Source: Candidatus Caldarchaeum sp. (GTDB taxonomy: Archaea; Thermoproteota; Nitrososphaeria_A; Caldarchaeales; Caldarchaeaceae). Taken from it: a stretch of 64,000 nt of DNA. Of the stretch, positions 7,580-17,776 are shown one piece after another (the first letter of the stretch is position 1; each line of letters starts with the position of its first letter). Location: NCBI GenBank assembly GCA_038831915.1, contig JAWBKB010000002.1:73746-137745 (forward strand). The letters run 5' to 3'. Made by a program: the position numbers and the translations under genes. The notes under the pieces are model-generated. The model was not told the origin of the DNA and did no database searches. It saw nothing but the letters and a program-made list of their open reading frames with translations.

Positions 7580-9766
7580 ATGCCGAGAGTTAAACGAATC
7601 TCTGAAGTTGTCGACATCCTGAAGAACAAAGACAACATTAGGAACATCGGAATCATCGCCCACGTCGACCACGGAAAAACAACGACCTCGGACAGCCTGC
7701 TCGCCGCAGCCGGGCTTCTTTCTCCCTCACTCGCCGGACGAGCCCTGGCTCTTGACTACTTGGAAGAAGAACAACAACGACAAATGACCATCAAAGCAGC
7801 CAACGTTTCGCTCTATTATGAAACAGACGGTAAGCAATACATTGTGAACTTGATCGACACGCCGGGACACGTGGATTTTTCGGGAAGGGTCACACGGGCT
7901 TTGCGAGCAATAGACGGAGCCATCGTGGTCGTCGACGCGGTAGAAGGAGTGATGACCCAAACCGAGACAGTCATTCGACAGGCTTTGAGTGAAAGAGTAA
8001 GGCCTGTGCTTTACATAAACAAAATGGATAGGCTTGTGAAAGAGCTGCGGCTGCCGACGGAAAGAATACAGGAAACTTTGGCCCGAATTGTTCGCGACGT
8101 GAACAACCTCATCGAGATGTATGGTGAGCCTGAGCAGAGAGAGAAATGGAAGCTCAGCTTCGCTGATAACACTGTTGCTTTAGGCAGCTCAAAAGATCGA
8201 TGGGGTTTCACGGTCAAACAGGCTCAGCAGAAAGGCATTAAATTCAGCGACGTAATCGATGCTTTCAGTCGTGAAGACATCGACTGGCTTCGCCAGAAAA
8301 CACCGTTGCATGAAGCGTTGCTGGAAATGGTAATTTCGAAACATCCGCCTCCACACGTGGCGCAGAAGTACCGGATTTCAAAAATTTGGAAAGGAGATTT
8401 GGAAAGCGAAGTTGGTCAAGCTATGCTGGAATGTGATGAAAAAGGGCCCACTGTTATGGCTGTGACAGACGTGCGGGTCGACCCACAGGCCGGCGTAGTA
8501 GCGACTGGCAGGCTTTTCAGCGGAACCATAAGCGAAGGAGACTCCGTCATCATCATCGGGAGAAACATATCAGGCCGTGTTCAACAGGTCGGTGTTTACA
8601 TGGGGCCCGCCAGGGAAATAGTTGGAAGTATTCCGGCTGGAAACATTCCAGCCATTCTGGGACTCAGCGAAGTGCGTGCAGGAGACACACTTGGCTCGGT
8701 TGAAACCGTTCCCTTCGAATCGCTGAAGTACGTATCTGAGCCGGTTGTCACGATTTCGGTCGAGCCAAAGTACAGCAGAGACCTTCCGAAGCTCGTCGAA
8801 TTCCTCAACAAACTATCCATCGAAGACCCAACACTTGTAGCAATCGTCAGACCTGAAACCGGTGAATACCTGATCAGCGGTATGGGCACTCTGCATCTAG
8901 AAATAGCGTTGACCTGGATACAGAAAGCAGGTCTCGAAATCGTTTCGGGCAGGCCGATCATCCTTTATCGTGAAACCATTCAGACGAAGGGCCGTGAATT
9001 CGAAGGAAAATCACCTAACAGGCACAACCGCATTTACACCATGGTTGAGCCGTTAGAACCCGAAATCATCGAGCTAATAAGAAAAGGTGAGCTTTTCGAC
9101 GAAATGGACAGAAAACAGGTCGCAAAAATTCTGAGAGACCATGGATGGGATGCTGATTTGGCGAGAAACGTCTGGGTTATCGACGGAAGAGGAAACATCT
9201 TAGTCGACGCGACAAAAGGTGCTCAGTATTTGCAGGAGTCAAAAATGATGATCATAGGTGGATTTCAACGCGTGATGCAGGAAGGCCCGCTGGCGGCTGA
9301 AAACATGAGAGGTGTTAAAGCGATTTTGACACAGGTGGAGCTTCATGAAGACCCCGTGCACAGAGGATACGCCCAAATAGCCCCCGCCACATGGAGAAGT
9401 CTTTATGCGAGCGTTTTATCGGCTACTCCAACCTTGCTTGAACCAGTTCTAAAGATCGAAGCCAAAGTCGCTCCAGAATTCATGGGAGCTGTGACATCAA
9501 CGATAACCAGCAAAAGAGGCCGCGTGCTAGACGTCAAACAAGCCGAATACGTCACGGTTGTTATCGGTGAAATTCCCGCCAGCGAAACCTTCGACCTCAG
9601 CGAAGCCATGAGAAGCGCCACGATGGGCAAAGCTTTCTGGGCCACTGAATTCAGTCAATGGAAACCAGTGCCAGCATCGATAAAGGACAAAGTCATTCAG
9701 GAAATCAGGAAAAGAAAAGGATTGCCGCCTGAATTACCGACGATATCACAATTCGTCGAAGAATAA
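7580..9766 (+). CDS. fusA: translation elongation factor aEF-2
   Basis: 728 aa. AHVDHGKTT, DTPGHVDF and the diphthamide-loop HEDPVHRG. Confidence 0.97.
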   Translation: MPRVKRISEVVDILKNKDNIRNIGIIAHVDHGKTTTSDSLLAAAGLLSPSLAGRALALDYLEEEQQRQMTIKAANVSLYYETDGKQYIVNLIDTPGHVDFSGRVTRALRAIDGAIVVVDAVEGVMTQTETVIRQALSERVRPVLYINKMDRLVKELRLPTERIQETLARIVRDVNNLIEMYGEPEQREKWKLSFADNTVALGSSKDRWGFTVKQAQQKGIKFSDVIDAFSREDIDWLRQKTPLHEALLEMVISKHPPPHVAQKYRISKIWKGDLESEVGQAMLECDEKGPTVMAVTDVRVDPQAGVVATGRLFSGTISEGDSVIIIGRNISGRVQQVGVYMGPAREIVGSIPAGNIPAILGLSEVRAGDTLGSVETVPFESLKYVSEPVVTISVEPKYSRDLPKLVEFLNKLSIEDPTLVAIVRPETGEYLISGMGTLHLEIALTWIQKAGLEIVSGRPIILYRETIQTKGREFEGKSPNRHNRIYTMVEPLEPEIIELIRKGELFDEMDRKQVAKILRDHGWDADLARNVWVIDGRGNILVDATKGAQYLQESKMMIIGGFQRVMQEGPLAAENMRGVKAILTQVELHEDPVHRGYAQIAPATWRSLYASVLSATPTLLEPVLKIEAKVAPEFMGAVTSTITSKRGRVLDVKQAEYVTVVIGEIPASETFDLSEAMRSATMGKAFWATEFSQWKPVPASIKDKVIQEIRKRKGLPPELPTISQFVEE

Positions 9767-9768
9767 AT

Positions 9769-10671
9769 TCAAGATTTTTCTGTTTTCTTTATCAAGACAT
9801 TCCACGTCGATTCGTCTTCCATCAAAAGCTTCATTTCTTCGAACGTCAGCTTCTCCCCATGCGAAAGCTTTTCCATCGCCCTTGTCTTGATTTTTTCCTT
9901 CATCATGTATTCCCTTGTCCTTATTTCAAGTTCACGCGACTTTTTGACAAATTCCTGCAACTCCACAAGCCGTGAAATCATCAGGATTTCCTCAGCTTCA
10001 CACATCTGAGCCTTCTTCTTCATCTCGAGAAAAGTATTGTGATGTGTGTCAGCTTCGGGCTTAAGCTGCTGAATTAAATCTTTAACAGACTGAATTGCGT
10101 GTTTCGCGGCTTGAAGCTCCTCTTTTTTCTGTTTGATTTTTTCTCGAAGAGCTCTGGCTTCTTCATATAGCGGAGCAGTTGAATTGTTTAGTTCCCGAAG
10201 TTTTTCGGCCACTCCTTCGCGTTTCTGCACTTCCGCTAAAAGCTTGTTCAGGTGACGAAGTTCTTCGTAGATTTTCTTCTCTTCCTCAGGTCGGAGAATT
10301 TCAGTTTCAACCCTCTGTTCAAGATCACGTATACGTCGTATGATTTCCTGACCGGTGTATCCTTTAGCGTTGTCAGCTATTTGTGTGGATAAAATTGTTT
10401 GCTTCTCCAACCTTTTTTCGTTAATTTTCTTAACTACTTCGTCGAGCCGTGCACGCAGCTCGGCCAACTCAGACCGAAGCTGTGAAACTCGCTCTAGATA
10501 GGATGAATTTTTTTCCTTTATTTCTTTAATCCGCGCATGAATTTTATCCCTCTTTTCAAGTGCCTTCTGGGCTTCTTCTTCGTATTCAGCTTTCTTCTTC
10601 CGCAGCTCAGCGAGCCTAGCTCGTATTTGGTAAATTTCCTCCTCGACCGCCGAAACGTTTTCTTCAGTCAC
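9769..10671 (-). CDS. archaeal coiled-coil protein (COG1340-like), function unknown
   Basis: 300 aa. Almost entirely E/K/L/R heptad-type sequence. 4-nt overlap with the upstream GPN GTPase gene. Confidence 0.6.
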   Translation of the reverse strand: MTEENVSAVEEEIYQIRARLAELRKKKAEYEEEAQKALEKRDKIHARIKEIKEKNSSYLERVSQLRSELAELRARLDEVVKKINEKRLEKQTILSTQIADNAKGYTGQEIIRRIRDLEQRVETEILRPEEEKKIYEELRHLNKLLAEVQKREGVAEKLRELNNSTAPLYEEARALREKIKQKKEELQAAKHAIQSVKDLIQQLKPEADTHHNTFLEMKKKAQMCEAEEILMISRLVELQEFVKKSRELEIRTREYMMKEKIKTRAMEKLSHGEKLTFEEMKLLMEDESTWNVLIKKTEKS

Positions 10672-11441
10672 TGTAGCTCAACCTCACCTTCACCGTATAT
10701 ACGTGTAAGAGTCGCGAAAAGCTCGTTGAACCCTTCGAACGTTCTGGACGAAACAGCTATGAGGGGGACGCTGTTTGACAATTCCCACAAGCTTTCCACG
10801 ATTTCACGTGAAAGAGTGAGCTGCAGCTCGTTCAGCGACCCTGCTGCATGGGTTGGAAATGAGTCCTCCGTTTCATGCCAGCGAAGGATCCGTGCAATAT
10901 AACGGGCTGGCACAGCGTCAACTCTGCTCAACAAGTTAACAGCGGGAAGGCCCAGTGAAAGAGTTGTCGAAACAGAAAGGAAAAGCGAAGCAGCATAGTT
11001 ACGCGGACTCGTGCAAAGTAAAGCATCCATCAAAAACAGAAGGAGTTTTCTTCCGTTCGACAGTTTTTTAGCGATAATCCTTCCCTCTTTTCTGAAGGCG
11101 AAAAGTTCAAGCTGGCCAGGTGTGTCCACCAGAATCCATTCGGCGTTTATTTCTTCGACGGTGCTCGCTATTTCTTCGATGTTTCTCGTAGCTTCTCTGA
11201 CCGAGGCGATCAAGGCTCCGTTAGGCCCAAGGCTTTTCGAAGCCATTATCCTTTCATAGTCAACAAATTCTCGAACGTCCACATCTGGGTCGTATGGGAG
11301 AGTTATTGCAGCAGGGTCCATGTTAACGGTGGCCGATGTTTGACCATGGTCTCTCAACCATTCGGCGAACACACCTGCCAACGATGACTTACCCGAGCCA
11401 GCTGTTCCAACCACGAAAATTATCCGGCTGATGTCAATCAA
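10668..11441 (-). CDS. GPN-loop GTPase
   Basis: 257 aa. P-loop GTAGSGKSS, GPN motif in SLGPNGA, and DTPGQLE. TTG start. Confidence 0.85.
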   Translation of the reverse strand: MIDISRIIFVVGTAGSGKSSLAGVFAEWLRDHGQTSATVNMDPAAITLPYDPDVDVREFVDYERIMASKSLGPNGALIASVREATRNIEEIASTVEEINAEWILVDTPGQLELFAFRKEGRIIAKKLSNGRKLLLFLMDALLCTSPRNYAASLFLSVSTTLSLGLPAVNLLSRVDAVPARYIARILRWHETEDSFPTHAAGSLNELQLTLSREIVESLWELSNSVPLIAVSSRTFEGFNELFATLTRIYGEGEVELQ

Positions 11442-11528
11442 AGTTACCTAACTCCTCTCTCCCACTGAGAATGACGCTATTTAGACTTTCCCGACAAAAT
11501 TAATACGCCTTGTTCACAGCAAGCAAAC

Positions 11529-11675
11529 ATGGAAAAAGCAGTTGAGAAACTTCTCCGAATAGCCGGAATAGAGTACCGCGATGTAAAGAATCGATTTGAC
11601 GACAGCGCTTGGAAGAACATAGAAATTCTTGAAGAACTACTCGAGGTTGTCGAAGATGATGACAGGCCATTTTGA
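11529..11675 (+). CDS. candidate 48-aa ORF upstream of and overlapping the amidase start (weak GatC-like helical pattern)
   Basis: Hand-read ATG..TGA ORF: MEKAVEKLLRIAGIEYRDVKNRFDDSAWKNIEILEELLEVVEDDDRPF. Overlaps the probable amidase ATG (11656) by 20 nt in another frame. Confidence 0.2.
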   Translation: MEKAVEKLLRIAGIEYRDVKNRFDDSAWKNIEILEELLEVVEDDDRPF

Positions 11676-12984
11676 GGCCGCGGAAGAGCTGAGTAAAATT
11701 TTGAAATCCAGACGATTTGACGCGGTTGAAAGATGGGAGAAACAGCGTAAAAAGATTCTTGAACTTAACCCGTTGGTTAACGCTTACATAACTGTTTTCG
11801 ACAAACCGTTATGCCGTAAAGATTTCCGGAAAAGACTTTTGAGGGGTTTGACCGTTGCCGTTAAAGATGTTTTCCATGTCAGCGGTTATCCGACGACAGC
11901 TGGGTCCAAGCTTTTCGCCAACCGTGTTTCCAGTCACACGGCCCCAGTCGTCGAAAAGCTTTTGGAGGCGGGGGCGGCGGTCAACGGAAAAACAAATCTG
12001 CATGAATTCGCATTTGGAGTCTCAAACATCAATCCTCATTTCGGCGCTTGCAAAAATCCGTTTGATTTGGCTCGTGTTTCAGGCGGTTCGAGCGGAGGCT
12101 CGGCTGTGGCTGTTGCATTAGGAATGTGTGATATCGGTCTAGGTACCGACACGGCTGGCTCGGTTAGAATTCCAGCTTCGTTCTGCGGTGTTGTCGGATT
12201 CAAGCCATCCATCGGTTCTTTAAGCACAGAAGGAGTTATACCGCTTAGCTGGAGCCTTGACCACGTCGGAACACTTTCAAGAAGCGTTTGGGAAACCGCA
12301 GTCGCCTACGCAGTGATGACGAACAAGGTCAAAGAAATATCCAAAATAACGCCAGCAAAGCTCGAACGGCTGAAAATCGGAGTTCCCATCAACTATTTCC
12401 TGGAATATCTCTCTCATGATGTGAGAGAAATGTTTGAACAAAGCCTGAAAAAAATGGAAGCCAAGGGAGCTGAATTGGTTGACATACATGTTCCAGATGT
12501 CGAAAAAGCAGTTAGGTGTCGGACGGTCATAGGTTTTGCAGAATCATCGGCCTATCACCTCGGTGTATGCAAAGGCAATCTCGCGGTTTACGGAGAAGAT
12601 GTAAAACAAAGAATAGTGGCAGGGCTGTCAATCACTGCAGTAGGATATCTAACCGCGTTAAGGGCTAGGAAAAAACTCGTCGCTAAGTTCCGACAGGTTT
12701 TCAACCAAGTTGACGTTTTGGCAACTCCGACAACGACGATAACGGCTCACCGAATCGATGAACAAGAAATAGACGTAGACGGCAAAATAATAAATGTCCG
12801 TGCAGCAACTCTCAGGAACACCGAGCCATTCAACCTATACGGTGTACCCTCGATCAGCATCCCCATGGGCTTTTCAAGCAAAGGATTACCTACCGGACTT
12901 CAGCTAGTCGCTGATTTCGGCGAAGACTTCAAACTTCTAGGCATCGCCTACGGTGTTGAGAAGCTCTTCAAGACTTCGAGCTAA
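11629..12984 (+). CDS. amidase-signature family protein (GatA-like)
   Basis: Amidase signature GGSSGGSAVAVA. KDVFHVSGYPTTAGS. The likely true start is the ATG at 11656 (MMTGHF). Confidence 0.85.
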   Translation: MKNYSRLSKMMTGHFEAAEELSKILKSRRFDAVERWEKQRKKILELNPLVNAYITVFDKPLCRKDFRKRLLRGLTVAVKDVFHVSGYPTTAGSKLFANRVSSHTAPVVEKLLEAGAAVNGKTNLHEFAFGVSNINPHFGACKNPFDLARVSGGSSGGSAVAVALGMCDIGLGTDTAGSVRIPASFCGVVGFKPSIGSLSTEGVIPLSWSLDHVGTLSRSVWETAVAYAVMTNKVKEISKITPAKLERLKIGVPINYFLEYLSHDVREMFEQSLKKMEAKGAELVDIHVPDVEKAVRCRTVIGFAESSAYHLGVCKGNLAVYGEDVKQRIVAGLSITAVGYLTALRARKKLVAKFRQVFNQVDVLATPTTTITAHRIDEQEIDVDGKIINVRAATLRNTEPFNLYGVPSISIPMGFSSKGLPTGLQLVADFGEDFKLLGIAYGVEKLFKTSS

Positions 12985-13171
12985 GCCACCATTCGAGATA
13001 TTCTTCTCGTTTCTTCCTTTTCCTGTCTGCCTCGAATTTGCTGTTAAATCTTTTCTCCCGGTCAATCAACAAATCCTGAGACGTGTAGGTTCCCCCGCAT
13101 CCTGTACACGTGTAGGTCCTGGTTTCGCGGTCGTAGACGAGACTAGCTCCACATTCAAAGCATAGGGCCAT
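12968..13171 (-). CDS. small zinc-ribbon protein with basic C-terminus
   Basis: 67 aa. CFEC..(14)..CTGC ribbon followed by a KRKKREEY basic tail. Preferred over the overlapping + strand ORF, which has implausible composition. Confidence 0.55.
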   Translation of the reverse strand: MALCFECGASLVYDRETRTYTCTGCGGTYTSQDLLIDREKRFNSKFEADRKRKKREEYLEWWLSSKS

Positions 13172-13269
13172 CGGCTTCGTTGACTAGCTATCCGTGCCGT
13201 ATATAGGTTTAAGCCTACGCTAACTTTATTTAATCCCCGTCTCGTCTGATGTAGCAGGTGCATTAAGAA

Positions 13270-14004
13270 ATGGCTTTAGGCATGACGGGTGCCTATGACA
13301 GAGCGATCACGGTTTTTTCACCTCAGGGCCGTCTTTACCAAGTTGAATACGCTTTAGAAACTGTCCGGTCAGGGTCGACGGCATTGTCGCTGGTCTGTAA
13401 CGAAGGTGTTGTTTTGGCTGTTGAGGAAAGGATGCATACCAAGCTGCAGAACCCTGATTTTTCTTGGAAAATTTTCCAGATAGACGAACACATTGGAGCC
13501 GCCACTGCCGGGCTTAATTCAGACGCCAGAGTTTTGGTTGACAACGCACGCGTCTACGCTCAAACACTTCGGCTATCATACGACGAAGAACCGTTGGTCG
13601 AAGCTGTTGCACGCCGTGTTGGGGACATCATGCAAATCTACACCCAGCATGCAGGCGTGAGACCCTTTGGAACGGCGCTCCTCATCGGAGGAGTCGATAA
13701 AACAGGGCCACGGCTTTTCTACGCAGAACCCAGTGGCCTAATTCTCGAATACAACGCATGGGCCATCGGAAGAGGAGCTGAAAAAGTAAGGGAGCTCTTC
13801 GAAAACAACTACAATCGTTCGATGACTCTTCAAGCAGGCGTGGAGCTCAGCCTCAGAGCATTAGTAGAATCCGTTGACAAAATCGAAGAGGGCTGGACGG
13901 TCCGGCTTGTCACAATCCCAATAACGACCAAGAAATACACGATGAAGCCTCAGTCGGAGCTTTTACCGATTCTTAATGATTTGCTCAAGTCTAAGAAACA
14001 GTAG
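13270..14004 (+). CDS. psmA: proteasome subunit alpha
   Basis: 244 aa. YDRAITVFSPQGRLYQVEYALE alpha-subunit signature. Confidence 0.95.
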   Translation: MALGMTGAYDRAITVFSPQGRLYQVEYALETVRSGSTALSLVCNEGVVLAVEERMHTKLQNPDFSWKIFQIDEHIGAATAGLNSDARVLVDNARVYAQTLRLSYDEEPLVEAVARRVGDIMQIYTQHAGVRPFGTALLIGGVDKTGPRLFYAEPSGLILEYNAWAIGRGAEKVRELFENNYNRSMTLQAGVELSLRALVESVDKIEEGWTVRLVTIPITTKKYTMKPQSELLPILNDLLKSKKQ

Positions 14005-14015
14005 TTGAGCAAAGA

Positions 14016-14714
14016 ATGCCTAAACAGAAAGAGACGTACACAATCGCTAGGCTCGGCGTAGGAGAAACCACTTTCGAAATTCTCGTCGACCCAGACAACG
14101 CACTCAAATACAAAATGGGCGAGAAAATCCCAATCTCGAAGATACTGGTCTATGACGAGGTTTTCAAAGACTGGAAAAAAGGAATAAGGGCGTCAGAGGC
14201 GGATTTGAAGAAATCCTTCGGCATCACCGATGTTAGGCAGGTTGCTGAGAAAATTATGTCCGAGGGGGAAGTATTGATCACAGCTGAACAGCGGCGGCGA
14301 CTCATCGAGGAGAAGAAGCGTCAAATCATCGACTTTATTTCGAGAAACGCTATTGACCCGAGGACCAATGCTCCTCATCCGCCCCAGAGAATCGAGCTTG
14401 CGTTGGAGCAGGTGGGATTATCCATCGACCCGTTTTGCGACCCGAAGCAGGAGGCGATGAAGGCGGTTGAAAGACTCCGGAAAATTCTGCCGCTGAAAAT
14501 CGGTAACGTGCGTGTTGAAATCAGGGTTGCGGGTGAATTCGTTGGAAAGGTTTACGGATTGATACGTAGCATGGGAACGATGGTCGAAGAAGGATGGCTT
14601 GGGGACGGAAGCTGGCGATGTCTAGCCGAAATTCCAACAGGTTTACATGCGGACCTCGTCGACCGACTGAACAAAATCTGCGGCGGAAGGGTGGAGATTA
14701 AGCCGGTGACTTAA
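14016..14714 (+). CDS. SBDS-family ribosome maturation protein
   Basis: 232 aa. ARLGVGETTFEILVDPDNALKYK N-terminal FYSH-domain pattern. Canonical position in the exosome superoperon. Confidence 0.9.
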   Translation: MPKQKETYTIARLGVGETTFEILVDPDNALKYKMGEKIPISKILVYDEVFKDWKKGIRASEADLKKSFGITDVRQVAEKIMSEGEVLITAEQRRRLIEEKKRQIIDFISRNAIDPRTNAPHPPQRIELALEQVGLSIDPFCDPKQEAMKAVERLRKILPLKIGNVRVEIRVAGEFVGKVYGLIRSMGTMVEEGWLGDGSWRCLAEIPTGLHADLVDRLNKICGGRVEIKPVT

Positions 14715-15371
14715 ATGATGTACGTGCCTGAAAACGAGTTGGTTGTCCCGGGTCAGCTGCTTTCCGACAACTCTAGGCGAAGCGGGTTCGGAACCTATAC
14801 ACGTGACGGCAAAGTATATGCATCAGTAATGGGGTTTGCACGAGTAATCAACGGTCAGCTCCGAATCATACCCGTCGGAGGAAGATACCGTCCTCAAAGA
14901 GGAGACAAAGTCGTGGGCATAGTTTCAGACGTTAAGCCCAACGTTGTCGAAGTAGAAATAGGTGGAGAAACAATTGCTATGATAAAGCCTTCCGAACGAG
15001 AAACAACTCCGCTCAAAATAGACATAGGCGACTGCATCTACGCAGAGGTCAAATCAACAGGCTTGAAGGGAATAGTCTTGTCAAACGAAGGCCTCCAAAA
15101 AGTTCCTTCAGGACTTTTGATAAGCATCAACGCGGCAAAAGTCCCGCGACTGATTGGTAGGAAGGGCTCAATGCTGCAAATACTACGTAAAGAGACGGGG
15201 TGTGATTTCTGGGTGGGACGCAACGGATTACTTGTTGTTAATGGCCCCGACCCGGCCAGTGAATTCGCGGCTGTTGCCGCAATCAACTTAATTGAACGAG
15301 AGGCTCATACCGTTGGGTTGACGGAAAGAGTGATTCAGTTTTTAAAGCGTTTAAAAAATCAAGGTGGTTAG
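14715..15371 (+). CDS. rrp4: exosome complex RNA-binding protein Rrp4
   Basis: 218 aa. S1-like [11 protein letters not shown] and KH-like [13 protein letters not shown]. Lies upstream of rrp41. Confidence 0.9.
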   Translation: MMYVPENELVVPGQLLSDNSRRSGFGTYTRDGKVYASVMGFARVINGQLRIIPVGGRYRPQRGDKVVGIVSDVKPNVVEVEIGGETIAMIKPSERETTPLKIDIGDCIYAEVKSTGLKGIVLSNEGLQKVPSGLLISINAAKVPRLIGRKGSMLQILRKETGCDFWVGRNGLLVVNGPDPASEFAAVAAINLIEREAHTVGLTERVIQFLKRLKNQGG

Positions 15372-16095
15372 TTTGCGTCTGATTGATGAAAACGGGTTGA
15401 GAGTTGATGGAAGAAAACCGGACGAATTGCGTAAGCTCCGCATCGAGGTAGGTGTTCTAGAGAAGACCGACGGCTCGGCTTATGTTGAGCTAGGGGGCAC
15501 CAAAATCTACGCCGGAGTTATCGGCCCGAGGGAAGTGCATCCCAAACATCTTGAGCTCCCCGACAGAGCTGTGATCAACTGCCGCTACCACATGGCTTCT
15601 TTCAGCGTCGACGAAAGAAAACCTCTTGGAATGACTCGGAGAGAAATCGAGCTTTCCAAAGTTTTGCGAGAAGCCGTCGAAACGGTTGTCTTTCTCGAAG
15701 AGTTTCCGCGGATGATGATCGACATCTTCGTTGAGGTGATACAGGCTGACGGTGGAACAAGAACGGCAGGAATTACCGCCGCTTCCCTAGCTCTTGCTGA
15801 CGCTGGTGTTCCCATGGCGGATTTAATAGCCGCGGTTGCTGTTGGAAAAGTCGACGGAACCCTAGTTCTTGACATCAACGAGACGGAGGATAAATACGGC
15901 GAAGCAGACATGCCAGTCGCCATGGCTCCCCAGCTTAACTCCATCGTTCTGCTCCAGCTAAACGGCAGAATGACACCGGAGGAAATCGACAAAGGCCTCA
16001 GCATGGCCCAGTCAGCGATTAAGAAAATTTACCAAATGCAGGTCGATGCTCTAAAAAGACGTTACAAAGTTGAACCAGAAGGGTTGGAGACATGA
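15364..16095 (+). CDS. rrp41: exosome complex exonuclease Rrp41 (RNase PH-like)
   Basis: 243 aa. [31 protein letters not shown] RNase PH pattern. Confidence 0.93.
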   Translation: MVSLRLIDENGLRVDGRKPDELRKLRIEVGVLEKTDGSAYVELGGTKIYAGVIGPREVHPKHLELPDRAVINCRYHMASFSVDERKPLGMTRREIELSKVLREAVETVVFLEEFPRMMIDIFVEVIQADGGTRTAGITAASLALADAGVPMADLIAAVAVGKVDGTLVLDINETEDKYGEADMPVAMAPQLNSIVLLQLNGRMTPEEIDKGLSMAQSAIKKIYQMQVDALKRRYKVEPEGLET

Positions 16096-16919
16096 GCTTC
16101 GGATTTGAGAAACGAGGCTATGGAATCAAAATCATGAAAAACAAGGTCTACGAGTTGCTTAAGCTAGGTAAACGAATCGATGAACGCGACCCGCTGGCTT
16201 TCCGTGAAATCAGCATGTCAACTAACGTGGTGGACAAAGCCGATGGCTCCGCCCTCGTTTCACTAGGTAAAACAAAAATCTTGACAGGCATCAAAGTTGA
16301 GGTCGGCTCGCCTTACCCCGACAGACCAAACGAAGGTGTTTTCACTGTTAACGCAGAATTGTTACCTCTTGCTTCGAAATCTTTCGAGCCAGGGCCGCCC
16401 GATGAAAGAGCTATAGAGCTTTCACGCATCGTCGACAGGGTCATCAGGGAAAGCAAAGCGATTGAAGTCGAGAAATTATCAATAGTGCCTAGCCAGAAAG
16501 TTTACATGCTTTACATCGACTGCTACGTGTTAGATTATGACGGTAACTATTTCGACGCCGCTGTTTTATCAGCTGTCGCAGCTCTCGCTAACACGAAGTT
16601 ACCTGTGTACAGGTTTGTTAACGATCGAATTGAATTAGTTCCCGGTGAGAAGATACAGGTTCCATTGAGAACGTATCCCGTCAGCGTGACTATGGGCGTG
16701 ATCAGGGACAAAATTGTGGTAGACCCGTTGCCGGCGGAGGAAGAAGTTGCCGACACTTTGGTTACATTAGGTTATGACTCTTTTGGATACGTTTCTGCGG
16801 TTCAGAAAAGCGCCCCGGGTCTTTTGAACGTCGAGGTGTTTAAACAAATGGTTCAAATTGGGCTTTCGAAGTCAGAAGAGCTTAGAAAGAGGTTGCTGGA
16901 GGTGATACCGGTTGGTTAA
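16092..16919 (+). CDS. rrp42: exosome complex component Rrp42
   Basis: 275 aa. Second RNase PH-like subunit ([35 protein letters not shown]). Confidence 0.9.
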   Translation: MSFGFEKRGYGIKIMKNKVYELLKLGKRIDERDPLAFREISMSTNVVDKADGSALVSLGKTKILTGIKVEVGSPYPDRPNEGVFTVNAELLPLASKSFEPGPPDERAIELSRIVDRVIRESKAIEVEKLSIVPSQKVYMLYIDCYVLDYDGNYFDAAVLSAVAALANTKLPVYRFVNDRIELVPGEKIQVPLRTYPVSVTMGVIRDKIVVDPLPAEEEVADTLVTLGYDSFGYVSAVQKSAPGLLNVEVFKQMVQIGLSKSEELRKRLLEVIPVG

Positions 16920-17133
16920 GACGAAGCTTGGCATCGCTAAGGGGCTTGGAGCTAGATACGGTTCAACGGTAAGGAAGAAATGGGCTGAGGTTGTTACTGC
17001 GGCTCGCTCCAAATATCCATGTGAGAAATGTGGCGCTGTAAAGGTGCGGCGAATATCTGTCGGCATATGGCAGTGCGAAAGATGCGGATTTAAATTCGCG
17101 GGGCAGGCTTACACTCCGAAAGCGGAGAAATAG
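16912..17133 (+). CDS. rpl37ae: 50S ribosomal protein L37Ae (eL43)
   Basis: 73 aa. GARYGSTVRKK, then CEKC..(14)..CERC zinc ribbon. Confidence 0.9.
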   Translation: MVKTKLGIAKGLGARYGSTVRKKWAEVVTAARSKYPCEKCGAVKVRRISVGIWQCERCGFKFAGQAYTPKAEK

Positions 17134-17388
17134 TTGGCGCCCGTCAGGCTTAACTTTTCAGTGAAAACGTTTCCTAAGCTTGCGGCGATACTCTATAAAA
17201 GCATCAAGCCCGAAATAGAATCGATAAAGTCTTCGCGGTCAAAGGCGTCTGTGACGCTTCAAGGTGACGAGATTGTCTTCTCCATCGAATCTATGGATAT
17301 GGTCGCTGCGAGGGCGGCGGCCAACACAGTAATAAGGCTGCTCAACACGTCTTTCCAGACGGTAGAGGTGCTTCAAAATGTCAGGTAG
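17134..17388 (+). CDS. pcc1: KEOPS subunit Pcc1-like protein
   Basis: 84 aa. Size, superoperon position and a pattern resembling Pcc1 (..SRSKASVTLQGDEIVFSIESMDMVAARAAANTVIRLL). GTG/TTG-type start. Confidence 0.6.
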   Translation: MAPVRLNFSVKTFPKLAAILYKSIKPEIESIKSSRSKASVTLQGDEIVFSIESMDMVAARAAANTVIRLLNTSFQTVEVLQNVR

Positions 17389-17743
17389 AGAAATTCCACC
17401 AAGCGTCCAGCAACAGGTTTTGAGGCTTCAACAGCTTCAGCAAAGCCTAGCCCTTCTTCTTTCGGAGAAACAGCGAATCGAAGCAGAGCTGGCGGAAGTG
17501 AGCACTGCCCTTGAGGAAGTAAACAAAATGGATGATGTCGCAGTCGTTTACAAGGCGGTAGGACCTGTTCTGGTTCAGACCACCAAAACAAAGATTGTCG
17601 CAGAACTGACTGAAAGAAAGGAACTTGCCGACACTCGTTTAAAGGTCATCGAAAGACAGGAATCACGGGCCCGAGCTCAGATTGAAAGCCTTCAGAAAGA
17701 GGTGCAGAAGCTTCTGTCAGGAGGTCAACCGTCTTCTCAGTAG
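17378..17743 (+). CDS. pfdB: prefoldin subunit beta
   Basis: 121 aa. Two coiled-coil arms flanking a beta-hairpin (VYKAVGPVLVQ). Confidence 0.85.
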   Translation: MSGREIPPSVQQQVLRLQQLQQSLALLLSEKQRIEAELAEVSTALEEVNKMDDVAVVYKAVGPVLVQTTKTKIVAELTERKELADTRLKVIERQESRARAQIESLQKEVQKLLSGGQPSSQ

Positions 17744-17776
17744 TCAAATAGGGTTTAAAGCTTAAACTAGCCTTTC

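Noticed and set aside
12953-13165. 70-aa plus-strand ORF overlapping the zinc-ribbon gene
   Set aside because: Implausible composition (F/P/S/L-rich), whereas the minus-strand frame has two CxxC pairs and a basic tail.
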